Shown here piece by piece: positions 26,870 to 36,644 of a DNA stretch of 39,252 nucleotides (its first letter is position 1; each line of letters opens with the position of its first letter). The stretch comes from Escherichia phage EcoDS1, in the sequence record NC_011042.1; one strand, given 5' to 3'. A program made the position numbers and the translations under genes. The notes beneath the pieces are model-generated. The model was not told where the DNA came from. It saw only the letters and a list, made by a program, of their open reading frames with translations, and made no database searches.

Positions 26870-29152
26870 ATGGCTAGTAATATTGAATCAGCTCTTGCTA
26901 ATCGGACTATGGGTCGGGGCAGAGCGCCGGGTAAAACTATCGCTGTCAACTATCAAGCAGCCAACGTACAAGCTCCTACTGGTGACTCCGGTCTGGCTCG
27001 TGCGTTAACCAACTTCGTTGAGTCTGGGACTGGATTGTACAAGCAGTTCAAAGACGAGGAGAAGACCAGAGCTGACGAGCGGTCTAACGAGATTATCCGT
27101 AAGCTGACACCTCAGCAGAGACGTGAGGCTATCCAGAACGGCACACTGCTGTATCAGGACGACCCTTACGCTATGGAAGCACTTCGAGTCAAGACGGGCC
27201 GTAACGCTGCCTTTGCGGTGGATGACGAGATTAACGTTAAGATTCAGAACGGTGAGTTCCGTACACGTCAGGACATGGAAGAGTATCGCCACCAGCGACT
27301 TCAGGACGCCGCTAAGTCCTATGCTGAAGAGGCGGGTATTAATCCTACAGACGAGTTCTTCCAGCGCGGGTTCAACGATAACATCACAGACCGCAACATC
27401 GCTATCTATGGGTCTTTCAATAAGTATTTCAGCAAGCAGTCTGAAGAGACAGCAATGTTGAACACTCGTATTGAGATGAACTCATTCCTGAACGATGGCG
27501 ACCTGATGCGTTCACCCGAGTCTGGCAAGACCTTCATGGCCTACCTTCGTGATGGACTGACTACTGCTGCTATCCCTTCGGACCAGCGAGCACGGGAGGT
27601 CATTACCCAGACGGTCCGTGACGCAATCCAGAAGTCCGGCGGCTCAAACTTCCTACAGCAAGTACGAGGCGAGCGAATCACCCTTAACGGTGTGGATGCT
27701 ACAGTCGAAGAGATTGTAGGACCTGATGTCTTCAACGCTGCTATTGTTGAGGCACAAGGAACTGAGTACAAGCTGGTGGCTAAGTATCAAGAGGAATTAG
27801 CGTTAGGCGTTCAGTCTGCTATTCTTCAGGACGACCCAACCATCGGTCTTGCCCAGATTCAGAAACTCAAGGAGCAGAACAACCTGCTTCAGCCGGGTGA
27901 AGAACTCACTCCTCAGCGTCAGATGCTTATTAATGCCGAAGCGAGCTTACTGGAAGCGGTCAAGCGTAAGTCTGCTGAACAGGCGAAGGAGAACACTAAG
28001 TTAATTCAGACTCAGAACAAGCAACTGGTCATTGACCAAGTGTATCAGCGACGTCTGGCTGGGGACAACGTGTCCACCAACTATGAGGACCTTCCAGTCT
28101 CAGATGCTACAGGCGAGTTCAAGCGTTCTGACATGAACAACTATGCATCTACCAAGCTACAGCAGATTGACCAGATGGACATCCCTGAGGCTGCTAAAGA
28201 CGCTCAGAAGGTGGCATTGTTAAGAGCTGACACTAACAACGGTCCGTTCCGTAATGCCTTCCAGACTCTAACTCAGGACGCTGCTGGCGAGTGGCAAGCT
28301 GCGGTCATCCGTGGACAGTACGACCCAGACAAGATGCAACGCTTCGAGTCTCTTCGTCGTGCCTACACTCAGGACCCTTCAAGTTTTGCTGCTCTGTATC
28401 CTGACCAAGCTCAGTTGTTCTCTACGTTCGACCAGATGGACAAGATGGGTCTGGACCCTCAGACGATGATTGAAGCTGATAAGCAAGCTGCAAGTCAAAG
28501 CCGTGAGATGCGCATGGAGTCAGACAAGGCGTGGCAGGAGTTGAAGAACGACTCCAAGAACACCCAGTTGTCTCGCCTCCCAACGTCTCTGGACTCAAGT
28601 GCTCGTAAGGTCTGGGACTCATGGTACTATCGTACAGGTAACGCTGACGCTGCAACGCAGCAGACTCAACGCTGGCTGAATGATAACACCGTAACGTTCC
28701 AGTCTGAAGGTTCTGACGGTAAGTCAATCGGCATGGTGTCGAAGCACCAGCTTATGGTCGGGGATAACCCAGAGTCGTGGCATGTGGGTCGAGACATTAT
28801 AGACACAGCTCGTCAGCAGCTCATTAAGGCCAACCCTTGGGTAGTGAACTCTCAGTTGTCCGTTGTTGAACAGAACGGCTCTATCTTCCTCCAAGACGCT
28901 ACGGGGACTATTCGTATTCGATACGATAAAGAACTTGTAGGTAAACTCTACCGCGAACAACAGCAGAAGGCACAAGATGCCGCATATGCTCAGGCAGAAC
29001 GTGACGCTAACAAGCGATCGCGTATCGTCGGGACTAAAGCTGCTGGTGACAAACGTCGAGCTGACCGAGAGGCCAACATCGAGAAGCGCGGTGGGATGTA
29101 CAATGACGTCTCACTGGAGGGTATCGCAAATGCACTAATCGGTAAGGAGTAA
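26870..29152 (+). CDS. Internal virion protein C (gp15)
   Basis: 760 aa; size and position match T7 gp15 (747 aa). Confidence 0.9.
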   Translation: MASNIESALANRTMGRGRAPGKTIAVNYQAANVQAPTGDSGLARALTNFVESGTGLYKQFKDEEKTRADERSNEIIRKLTPQQRREAIQNGTLLYQDDPYAMEALRVKTGRNAAFAVDDEINVKIQNGEFRTRQDMEEYRHQRLQDAAKSYAEEAGINPTDEFFQRGFNDNITDRNIAIYGSFNKYFSKQSEETAMLNTRIEMNSFLNDGDLMRSPESGKTFMAYLRDGLTTAAIPSDQRAREVITQTVRDAIQKSGGSNFLQQVRGERITLNGVDATVEEIVGPDVFNAAIVEAQGTEYKLVAKYQEELALGVQSAILQDDPTIGLAQIQKLKEQNNLLQPGEELTPQRQMLINAEASLLEAVKRKSAEQAKENTKLIQTQNKQLVIDQVYQRRLAGDNVSTNYEDLPVSDATGEFKRSDMNNYASTKLQQIDQMDIPEAAKDAQKVALLRADTNNGPFRNAFQTLTQDAAGEWQAAVIRGQYDPDKMQRFESLRRAYTQDPSSFAALYPDQAQLFSTFDQMDKMGLDPQTMIEADKQAASQSREMRMESDKAWQELKNDSKNTQLSRLPTSLDSSARKVWDSWYYRTGNADAATQQTQRWLNDNTVTFQSEGSDGKSIGMVSKHQLMVGDNPESWHVGRDIIDTARQQLIKANPWVVNSQLSVVEQNGSIFLQDATGTIRIRYDKELVGKLYREQQQKAQDAAYAQAERDANKRSRIVGTKAAGDKRRADREANIEKRGGMYNDVSLEGIANALIGKE

Positions 29153-29156
29153 CATA

Positions 29157-32100
29157 ATGGCGACTCGTGGTATTCGCAATAACAATCCGGGGAACATCCG
29201 GGTAAGTAAGGACCAATGGGAAGGAATGACTGGAGATGATGGAGCATTTGTCATTTTCGATAGTCCAGAGTCTGGCGTCCGAGCTTTAGGTAAAAACCTG
29301 CTGTCCTACGGTCGCCAAGGTTATGACTCCATCGAGAAGATCATCAACCGATGGGCGCCTCCTAATGAGAATGACACTCAGGCTTATATTGACTCAGTGG
29401 TGGCTGCGACTGGTATTCCAGCTACCCAGAGTCTAGACCTCTCGGACCCGGACACCCTGTCTTCTCTGGCACAAGCTATCAGCTTCCACGAGACAGGCTC
29501 CCGGTACAACCCTGAAGTCTATCAGCAGGGAGTCGCAAGAGCACTCAACGGTATCAGCCCAAAGACTCCACCAGTAAGCGCTAACGTATTTGACGCACTC
29601 ACGGAAGGACTCAAGGCTAAACCTAAAGTAGCTCTTGGTGAGAACCTTCCGACCGCTGCTGGTATGAACATTGAGGGTCAAGCACCTGAAGCTCCCAACG
29701 AATCGTTCGGTGAGATGTTCTATAAGGCTACTGGCGAGACCATGCAGGAACGAGAGGACCGCTCTACGTGGTTCGGTTTCGGTGCGGCTACAGAAGCTGA
29801 AGTGAAGAACTCTATGGTCGGCGTGGCTATCCGCGCTGGTCAGACTGAGGACTCACTGGATGTCATTGGCGATGTGTTCAACCCAACCAGATGGAACAAC
29901 CATAAGTGGTCTCGTGAGGAGCTGGACCAGATTCGTAACGCTGGGGTTCTGCCTCAGTATTACGGAGTCATTACTGGCGGCTCTCCTCAGAACCTGACCG
30001 AGCTTATTAACTTGGCGCTGGAGAACCAGAAGTTAGACGCTGAGAAGGCCAAGGCTGGTACTGGCGCTCAGTTAGCCGCTGGTTTTATTGGTGCTGGCGT
30101 GGACCCTCTGACATACGTTCCTATTGCTGGACAGGTAGGTAAAGGTGGTAAGCTGGTAAACAAGATGTTCACCGTGGCTGCGCAATCTGGAGCGTTGGCT
30201 GGTGTGTCTGAGATGTCCCGTACCTCAGTGGCTGGTGGCGATGCTCATGTGGCTGAAGCTATCCTTGGTGGTGCTCTCTTCGGTGGTGGTATGACTGCTA
30301 TTGCTGATGGTCTAGGCAGAGCCTTAGGCCGAAACACTAATGAGTTTGCTGGTCCAGCTACACGTCTGGAAGCTCGTGAGACTGCTCGTAACGTTGACGG
30401 TCAGGACCTGTCTCGTCTACCTATTCAGGAAGGTGAGCAAACCTTTAGTCACCAAGGAGTTAAGTTCGCTGACGTGCCGAATGAGCCGGGAAGTGTTCGA
30501 CTTGAGGATGGTTCAATCCTGATTGGTGAAAACCCTCTGAACCCTAAGACACGTCAAGTATTTGACGAAGTGATTGAGCCGGAACGTGCCGCTGCTGGTG
30601 TGACCCTTGGTGGACTTACCGAGATTGGTCTGAAGCTGCTTCGGTCTGAGAACCCTGAGATTCGTGGAGTAGCTGCTGACTTAGTACGTTCACCGACTGG
30701 TATGCAGTCTGGAGCCTCAGGTAAAATAGGGACAACTGCGTCAGACGTATTCGAGAGACTTCGTGCTGTGGACCATCGGTTCTACAACGACATCGACGAT
30801 GCGGTTACTGAGGCACTAAAGGACCCGTACTTCCAGACAGCATTCTGGCGAGACTCTGGCGCATTCCGTCAGGACATCTACCAGCGTGTGTCTATGGCTA
30901 TCGAAGACGGTAGCGGAAACCTGAAGGCTGAACTGACTCCGGGAGAACTGAAAGTCTATGACCTACTGAAGAACCAGTTTGACGCCAAGCGTGAGATGAT
31001 GGAGAACCCAGCTATGTTTGGTCGGCCAGACGCTCAGTCTATCTTTCCTGGTAGCCGCTTCAAGGGAACCTACGTCCCTCATGTGTATAGCAAACAGATG
31101 AAGGAGCTGTACATCAAGGAGCTTGGGAGTCCAGAGGCGTTGCAGGAGGCCATCAAGAAGTCATGGTTGACCAGCTATGCGTCTCGACCTGAAGTCAAGA
31201 AACGCGTGGACGAGGCACTCTTAGAGGCTGACCATACGTTGACTCCAGAGGGACTTGCTGCTGCGGTCGATAAGTACGCCAATGATAAGGCTTACGGTAT
31301 CTCTCACACAGAGCAGTTCGAACGCTCCTCCGTAATGGAAGAGAACATCAACGGTCTTGTGGGTCTGGAGAACAACAGCTTCCTTGAGGCTCGTAACCTT
31401 TTCGATAGCGATATGTCAATCGTTCTACCGAACGGTCAGACGTTCAGTGTTAACAATCTACGTGAGTGGGACATGGACAAGATTGTTCCGGCATACAACC
31501 GTCGAGTTAATGGGGACATCGCTATCATGGCTGGTACAGGAAAGACCACGAAGGACATGAAGGACTTGGTTGAGACCATGATGAACAAGGCTGGGGATGA
31601 CGGTAAGTTGAAAGGTGAGGTATCTACCTTACGTGACACCTTGAAGATTCTCACTGGTCGTGCTCGACGTGATGGTGCTGATGATGCAGCCTTCGCTACC
31701 GTGATGCGCACAATGACAGACCTATCGTTCTTCGCTAAGAATGCCTACATGGGTGTTCAGAACTTAACGGAGATTGGTGGTATGCTGGCTCGTGGCAACG
31801 TTCGTGCGCTGCTTCATGGAGTCCCGATGTTCCGTGACCTAGCCTTCCGTAACAAGAAGGTAGGGGCCTCAGAGATTAAGGACCTGCACAATGTTATCTT
31901 CGGTAAGGAACTGGATGACTCAATCCGTCCGTCTAAACAGGATGTCATTGACCGTCTGCGGTCTTACAGTGACCTCGGTCGTGGTATGGCTACAGCTCTG
32001 GGGACTGCCAAGTATTACACTGGTGAACTTGCAGTACGCTCCCCGTTCACTAAAGTCCTCAATGGTACGACCAACTACCTGTTAGATGCTGGTCGTCAAG

Positions 32101-33044
32101 GCTTCCTGTCTGACATCGTTGAGCATAGCCTGACTGGTAGCAAGCGTAAGTTCGATGACCGCTGGCTGAAGACAGCTGGTATCTCTGACGAGCAGTGGAA
32201 GGGCATTAAGTCACTAATCCGTGAGTCAGTGACTCGTGGTCCAGACGGGAAGTATACCATCAAGGATAAGAAGGCGTTCAGTCAGGACCCAAGGGCTATG
32301 GACCTGTGGCGTATGGGTGACACCATCGCTGACGAAACGTTACTCCGGCCCCACAAGCTGTCAAACATGGACGCCAAGGCTTATGGTCCTCTCGCTAAGA
32401 CTGTCCTTCAGTTTAAGAACTTCGTCATCAAGTCCATCAATGGACGTACCATGCGAACCTTCTATAACGCCACGAAGAACAACCGAGCGATGGACGCTGC
32501 TCTGTCCACTGTGATCTCTATGGGTCTTGCTGGTATCTACTACATGGCTCAGGCGCATGTCAAGGCTTACGCCATGCAGGATGGTCGAGACCGTGACTAC
32601 CTCAAGCAAGCTCTGGACCCGACGATGATTGGATATGCAGCTCTATCACGTAGTTCACATCTTGGTGGACCACTTGGGGTAGCTAACATTCTTGGGGGTA
32701 TCGCTGGGTATGAGGACACTAAGATGCTCCGTTCGTCTATCCTACCTCGTTCGCCTACAGAGAAGCCTGAACGTGCCATCGCGTATGGTGCAGCTACAAG
32801 TGACCCTGTGATGAATGTCGTTGGTAACTTCTTGGAGCAGGTTCCAGCTTTCGGATATGCTGCTAACGTTGGCGCTTCGGCTTACAACTTGGCTGGCTAC
32901 CTCAAGGCTGATACTCGTGTCAACGAGCGTGACTACATGACCGGGATGTATAATACGTTCCGTGAACTGGTTCCGAACGACCCAATTACCCAGAAGCTGT
33001 TGCTTGGAACGTTTGAGGAGCAAGGTATTCACATCAAGGACTAA
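29157..33044 (+). CDS. Internal virion protein D (gp16) with a divergent N-terminal module
   Basis: 1295 aa; from about residue 200 it matches T7 gp16 (SVAGGDA, MRLEARETARN, VRSPTGMQSGASGK, GTYVPHVY, ENNSFLEARNLFDSD, PAYNRRVNGDIAIM, ILTGRARR, LRPHK, NDPLTQ-type C-terminus); residues 1..130 do not match the T7 transglycosylase N-terminus. Confidence 0.93.
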   Translation: MATRGIRNNNPGNIRVSKDQWEGMTGDDGAFVIFDSPESGVRALGKNLLSYGRQGYDSIEKIINRWAPPNENDTQAYIDSVVAATGIPATQSLDLSDPDTLSSLAQAISFHETGSRYNPEVYQQGVARALNGISPKTPPVSANVFDALTEGLKAKPKVALGENLPTAAGMNIEGQAPEAPNESFGEMFYKATGETMQEREDRSTWFGFGAATEAEVKNSMVGVAIRAGQTEDSLDVIGDVFNPTRWNNHKWSREELDQIRNAGVLPQYYGVITGGSPQNLTELINLALENQKLDAEKAKAGTGAQLAAGFIGAGVDPLTYVPIAGQVGKGGKLVNKMFTVAAQSGALAGVSEMSRTSVAGGDAHVAEAILGGALFGGGMTAIADGLGRALGRNTNEFAGPATRLEARETARNVDGQDLSRLPIQEGEQTFSHQGVKFADVPNEPGSVRLEDGSILIGENPLNPKTRQVFDEVIEPERAAAGVTLGGLTEIGLKLLRSENPEIRGVAADLVRSPTGMQSGASGKIGTTASDVFERLRAVDHRFYNDIDDAVTEALKDPYFQTAFWRDSGAFRQDIYQRVSMAIEDGSGNLKAELTPGELKVYDLLKNQFDAKREMMENPAMFGRPDAQSIFPGSRFKGTYVPHVYSKQMKELYIKELGSPEALQEAIKKSWLTSYASRPEVKKRVDEALLEADHTLTPEGLAAAVDKYANDKAYGISHTEQFERSSVMEENINGLVGLENNSFLEARNLFDSDMSIVLPNGQTFSVNNLREWDMDKIVPAYNRRVNGDIAIMAGTGKTTKDMKDLVETMMNKAGDDGKLKGEVSTLRDTLKILTGRARRDGADDAAFATVMRTMTDLSFFAKNAYMGVQNLTEIGGMLARGNVRALLHGVPMFRDLAFRNKKVGASEIKDLHNVIFGKELDDSIRPSKQDVIDRLRSYSDLGRGMATALGTAKYYTGELAVRSPFTKVLNGTTNYLLDAGRQGFLSDIVEHSLTGSKRKFDDRWLKTAGISDEQWKGIKSLIRESVTRGPDGKYTIKDKKAFSQDPRAMDLWRMGDTIADETLLRPHKLSNMDAKAYGPLAKTVLQFKNFVIKSINGRTMRTFYNATKNNRAMDAALSTVISMGLAGIYYMAQAHVKAYAMQDGRDRDYLKQALDPTMIGYAALSRSSHLGGPLGVANILGGIAGYEDTKMLRSSILPRSPTEKPERAIAYGAATSDPVMNVVGNFLEQVPAFGYAANVGASAYNLAGYLKADTRVNERDYMTGMYNTFRELVPNDPITQKLLLGTFEEQGIHIKD

Positions 33045-33062
33045 ACTATCACTATAGGAAAC
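33040..33062 (+). promoter_or_regulatory. Phage-RNAP promoter (phi17-like)
   Basis: CTAAACTATCACTATAGGAAACT; +1 G at 33057; the gp16 stop is embedded. Confidence 0.8.
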
Positions 33063-33108
33063 TGGAGGCGCTACCATAGGTCTCCATTTAAATCACAAAG
33101 GAGGCATA

Positions 33109-35412
33109 ATGTCCACGATTACACAATTCCCTTCAGGAAACACTCAGTACAGGATTGAGTTCGACTACCTAGCCAGAACGTTTGTTGTTGTTACGCTGGT
33201 GAATAGCTCTAACCCTACCCTGAACCGTGTACTGGAAGTTGGTAGAGATTACCGATTCCTTAATCCAACGATGATTGAGATGTTGGTTGACCAATCAGGT
33301 TTCGACATCGTTCGTATTCACCGTCAGACTGGAACTGGCTTAGTGGTAGACTTCAGGAATGGCTCAGTGTTGACAGCTAGTGACCTGACCAATGCAGAGC
33401 TTCAGGCTATCCATATTGCAGAAGAAGGTCGAGACCAAACTGTTGACTTAGCGAAGGAATATGCCGATGCTGCTGGTAGCTCTGCTGGCAACGCTAAGGA
33501 TAGCGAGGACGAAGCACGACGACTAGCTGCGAGTATCAAGGCAGCTGGTCTAATTGGCTATATTACCCGTCGCTCCTTCGAGGAAGGCTTCAACGTTACA
33601 ACATGGAACGAGGTCCTGCTATGGGAAGAGGATGGTGGTTATTACCGCTGGGATGGTACGCTACCTAAAGAAGTTCCTGCTGGTTCAACCCCTTCGACAA
33701 CTGGTGGCGTTGGTCTTGGTGCATGGGTGAGTGTTGGTGACGCCTCTTTGCGTTCAAATCTTATTAGTGACAATTCAATTAATGGAGATGCACTGATAGC
33801 CGTCAAGCAGCCATTTGCTAATTCCACGACAAGAACGCAGCATGATAAAAACTCGGACATCATAAATATCCGTGATTTTGGTGCTGTTGGCGACTGGGAC
33901 CCAGTCACAGACACCGGAACTGACAGCACACAAGCGCTTATTAACGCGGTTAATGCCGCCGTTGCGTTAGGAGGGGCTGAAATTGTCGTCCCTGAAGGGG
34001 TGTTCTGTACTACAAAGCCGTGGTATATACCGAGCAACATCACTGTCAGGGGTAGCGGGTATAATTCTGTAATTTACAACTATCAGGTTTCTGGTTCAGT
34101 TTTCCCGCAAACTAACTGCATTCACGTTGGGTATAGCTCCGAGTGGGGAAACAACGGCGCGCCAATGCCAACAGCCCCTGATGCAAAAATGGCTGAAATT
34201 CTGGCAAATAATTTCAGTAACATTACAGCGAGGAATTCTCGTGTAACTAATATCCGCGTAATGAATAAGGGTTTCGGTCTTGGTATTTGGTTCATGAATG
34301 CTATGGATTGCTCTTGCGACAACATATGGGCGACTAACACTACCACACCAATTAACATAGCCAATGACAACCCCACGGCGGAAATGGCGTGCAAAAATAT
34401 ATCCGTTGATAATATATTTCAAGATGACGGCACGTTAGGCGAATGGTACGACTTGGCTTTCTTAGGCTCTGCGCTGGACTGTTCTTTATCTCGTCTATAC
34501 AACAACCCGAGCACTAAAAGTAAATTGGCAGAAATGATAGCTATCAACGGCGCACGACGTTGTAAACTATCAAAACTATCCCTCTGCGGCAATGAGGACG
34601 GGACTAGCCTACAAATCGCCACCGGGGTGCTTATTTCTGGTTCATCTACAGGGAACTCTGTAACTAACTCAACATTCTCTAAGATGTCCAATGGGGTGAG
34701 TATCACCGGCACTGGCGGCAACACAGTAAAAGATTGTCGAGGAGAAAACATTTACACAACTGTCTATATAAACTCGCCGAAAAACAAAATTTCCGGATTG
34801 TCTGGTGTTGATGTTATTAATGACATTCGCGGCAACTCCGATGCAACAAGAAACGATATCACCGACTGCTCCATAAATAGCGTCAACATCTTCGATGTTA
34901 ACCCCCCAGCTATGTATAATAGATTCAGAGGTAACTGCAAAAACGATTCTATTCTTTTTAATAACTACAATAGCTATGCTGGGCTTCGTGCGAGAAAGAT
35001 AGCAATGTTCCCCGCCGACGCTGCTATGCTCGCGGCTGATAGAGAAGTAACGACAAATAACCTTGCGCACATAACCAGAAATTCTAACGGAATATTTTCG
35101 TTATATTACAAAATACCTAATAACGTTAAGCAATTAACTAAAGTTACAGTTTACGGGTATGGCGCACAATCCGGTGAAGCTGTAGACACAAGCATTGTTG
35201 GCATTGACTCCGATAACAACACAAATGGATTCCCAACATTTCAGTCACTAGGCACAAAAACTACAACTTCCACCGCCGATTTTGCTTTTGTATTCGGCCC
35301 AACTAACCCTTTTTATGCTGCGGGTAGTTATTATGTGAAAGTAACGGTGACAATAGGTAATACTGCGACACAAATAAGGAGTGTTATGCTTGAATGCCTT
35401 TGTGATGACTAA
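33109..35412 (+). CDS. Tail fibre / tailspike (gp17) with beta-helix C-terminal domain
   Basis: 767 aa; N-terminal about 150 aa match the T7 gp17 anchor (EFDYLAR.FVVVTL, DFRNGSVL.A.DL, AEEGRD); from about residue 250 the protein shows DFGAVGDW..TD.T.A.......A...GGAEIVVPEGVF and many N/I/V-rich repeats typical of right-handed beta-helix glycanases; this portion is AT-rich with distinct codon usage. Confidence 0.9.
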   Translation: MSTITQFPSGNTQYRIEFDYLARTFVVVTLVNSSNPTLNRVLEVGRDYRFLNPTMIEMLVDQSGFDIVRIHRQTGTGLVVDFRNGSVLTASDLTNAELQAIHIAEEGRDQTVDLAKEYADAAGSSAGNAKDSEDEARRLAASIKAAGLIGYITRRSFEEGFNVTTWNEVLLWEEDGGYYRWDGTLPKEVPAGSTPSTTGGVGLGAWVSVGDASLRSNLISDNSINGDALIAVKQPFANSTTRTQHDKNSDIINIRDFGAVGDWDPVTDTGTDSTQALINAVNAAVALGGAEIVVPEGVFCTTKPWYIPSNITVRGSGYNSVIYNYQVSGSVFPQTNCIHVGYSSEWGNNGAPMPTAPDAKMAEILANNFSNITARNSRVTNIRVMNKGFGLGIWFMNAMDCSCDNIWATNTTTPINIANDNPTAEMACKNISVDNIFQDDGTLGEWYDLAFLGSALDCSLSRLYNNPSTKSKLAEMIAINGARRCKLSKLSLCGNEDGTSLQIATGVLISGSSTGNSVTNSTFSKMSNGVSITGTGGNTVKDCRGENIYTTVYINSPKNKISGLSGVDVINDIRGNSDATRNDITDCSINSVNIFDVNPPAMYNRFRGNCKNDSILFNNYNSYAGLRARKIAMFPADAAMLAADREVTTNNLAHITRNSNGIFSLYYKIPNNVKQLTKVTVYGYGAQSGEAVDTSIVGIDSDNNTNGFPTFQSLGTKTTTSTADFAFVFGPTNPFYAAGSYYVKVTVTIGNTATQIRSVMLECLCDD

Positions 35413-35474
35413 AGCAGACTAACGTATGGTAACAACTTTGGGTCACGGACGACCCGCTTTAAACTGGAGGTTTT

Positions 35475-35669
35475 ATGATTGAGTTAGACTTCAAGAATGA
35501 GGTCCTTAAAGCCTCTCCTATCGTCGGGACCGCTGCGGCTGATGGTGCCAGTCGGTTCTTCTTCGGACTTACACTGAACGAATGGTTCTACGTTGCAGCT
35601 ATCGCGTACACCGTTGTCCAGATTGGTGTGCTAGTCTACAAAACGATTAAAGGAGGTGGTAAAACATGA
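35475..35669 (+). CDS. Holin (gp17.5)
   Basis: 64 aa; APIVGT, FFGLTLNEWFYVAAIAYTVVQIG match T7 gp17.5; one TM helix. Confidence 0.9.
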   Translation: MIELDFKNEVLKASPIVGTAAADGASRFFFGLTLNEWFYVAAIAYTVVQIGVLVYKTIKGGGKT

Positions 35670-35929
35670 CGCAGATGGACTTAGAGAAGTTCCTCTTAAT
35701 GCTAGATACTGAACGTGCTCGACTCATGCTGCAAGACCTGCGGGATGACTCTAAGCGTTCACCTCAGCTTTACAACGCCATTGAGAAGCTACTGGCTCGT
35801 CACAACTTCGTGCTAAGCAAGGTGTCTGTTGACGAGAAGACGCTCGCTGATATGGAGGCCCTGAACGCAGAGTACGATAAGGTGCTCTCCGCTACGGAAG
35901 ATAATGACACTGGATATGGAGTGCAGTAA
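35666..35929 (+). CDS. Terminase small subunit (gp18)
   Basis: 87 aa; RSPQLYNAIEKLLARH matches T7 gp18; ATGA coupling to the holin gene. Confidence 0.9.
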   Translation: MTQMDLEKFLLMLDTERARLMLQDLRDDSKRSPQLYNAIEKLLARHNFVLSKVSVDEKTLADMEALNAEYDKVLSATEDNDTGYGVQ

Positions 35930-35949
35930 ATCTCTTAAGTGTTAGACTC

Positions 35950-35976
35950 AAGGTCATTACTGTATGTAGTGGCCTT
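35950..35976 (+). other. RNase III-type processing hairpin (R18.5-like)
   Basis: AAGGUCAUUAC/GUAGUGGCCUU 11-bp stem with G-U pairs, 5-nt loop; third paralogue. Confidence 0.5.
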
Positions 35977-36039
35977 TATGGTTAACACTAACTAGTGGAG
36001 GAGACTCTACGTGAAATCTGATAAACCGGGAGGGCACCC

Positions 36040-36486
36040 ATGCTCGAATTTTTAAAGAGAGCGGCTCCGTGGTTACTCGCAGCAGTGATGTTTGCTGGGG
36101 GCTACCACACCGCTAACAATAAGTGGGAGGCTAAGATCAATGCAGAATACACCTCGAATCTTAAGGCATCGGAGGATACAAGGCTTGCTGTCCAAGCTGA
36201 AGTCAACAAAGTGTCCAAACGGTTTCAGGACGAAATGTCATCGCTGGAAGGTAGCACTGATAGGATTATTGCTGACCTTCAGTCTGACAATAAGCGGCTG
36301 CGCATCCGAGTCAAAACTACGAGTGGAACCACGCAAAGTGACGGTCGATGCGTCATTGATGGTTACGCCGAACTTGACGAACGAGATGCTAAACGTCTTA
36401 TCGCCATCGGAGTGAAAGGAGACAAATGGATTAAGGCACTTCAGGACACTGTGAGAGCCTTACAGCAAGATAAGGAGACCCCATGA
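36040..36486 (+). CDS. i-spanin (Rz-like, gp18.5)
   Basis: 148 aa; N-terminal TM helix (WLLAAVMFAGGY) followed by charged coiled-coil-like periplasmic region; position as T7 gene 18.5. Confidence 0.85.
   Translation: MLEFLKRAAPWLLAAVMFAGGYHTANNKWEAKINAEYTSNLKASEDTRLAVQAEVNKVSKRFQDEMSSLEGSTDRIIADLQSDNKRLRIRVKTTSGTTQSDGRCVIDGYAELDERDAKRLIAIGVKGDKWIKALQDTVRALQQDKETP
36140..36415 (+). CDS. o-spanin (Rz1-like, gp18.7) embedded in the +1 frame of gp18.5
   Basis: Embedded ORF with hydrophobic stretch VALIGLLLTFSLTISGC and lipobox-like ISGC (Cys codon 36299..36301); start uncertain (ATG at 36140 after GGGAGG, but the pre-Cys region would be unusually long). Confidence 0.45.
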   Translation: MQNTPRILRHRRIQGLLSKLKSTKCPNGFRTKCHRWKVALIGLLLTFSLTISGCASESKLRVEPRKVTVDASLMVTPNLTNEMLNVLSPSE

Positions 36487-36644
36487 TGTGGAAGACTACC
36501 TACATGTTCTTAGATGGCTCTGAGATGCTTGGGTGGCGCTATACAAGCATTGAGTCTGCCTACATGGTGGCTACTGAGGCCCTGACTTCCGGTAAGAACC
36601 AGACGATGTTTGGGTTTAAGGTAACTAAGGAGGTGAAGCATTGA
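36483..36644 (+). CDS. Small ORF (53 aa) between spanin and terminase genes
   Basis: ATG overlaps the gp18.5 stop and its TGA overlaps the gene 19 start; below the ORF-track cutoff; no T7 equivalent known to me. Confidence 0.3.
   Translation: MMWKTTYMFLDGSEMLGWRYTSIESAYMVATEALTSGKNQTMFGFKVTKEVKH

Noticed and set aside
31357-32514. Short + strand ORFs in alternate frames within gp16 (31357..31560, 31891..32085, 32236..32514)
   Set aside because: Nested in a long conserved gene, no RBS or motif support.
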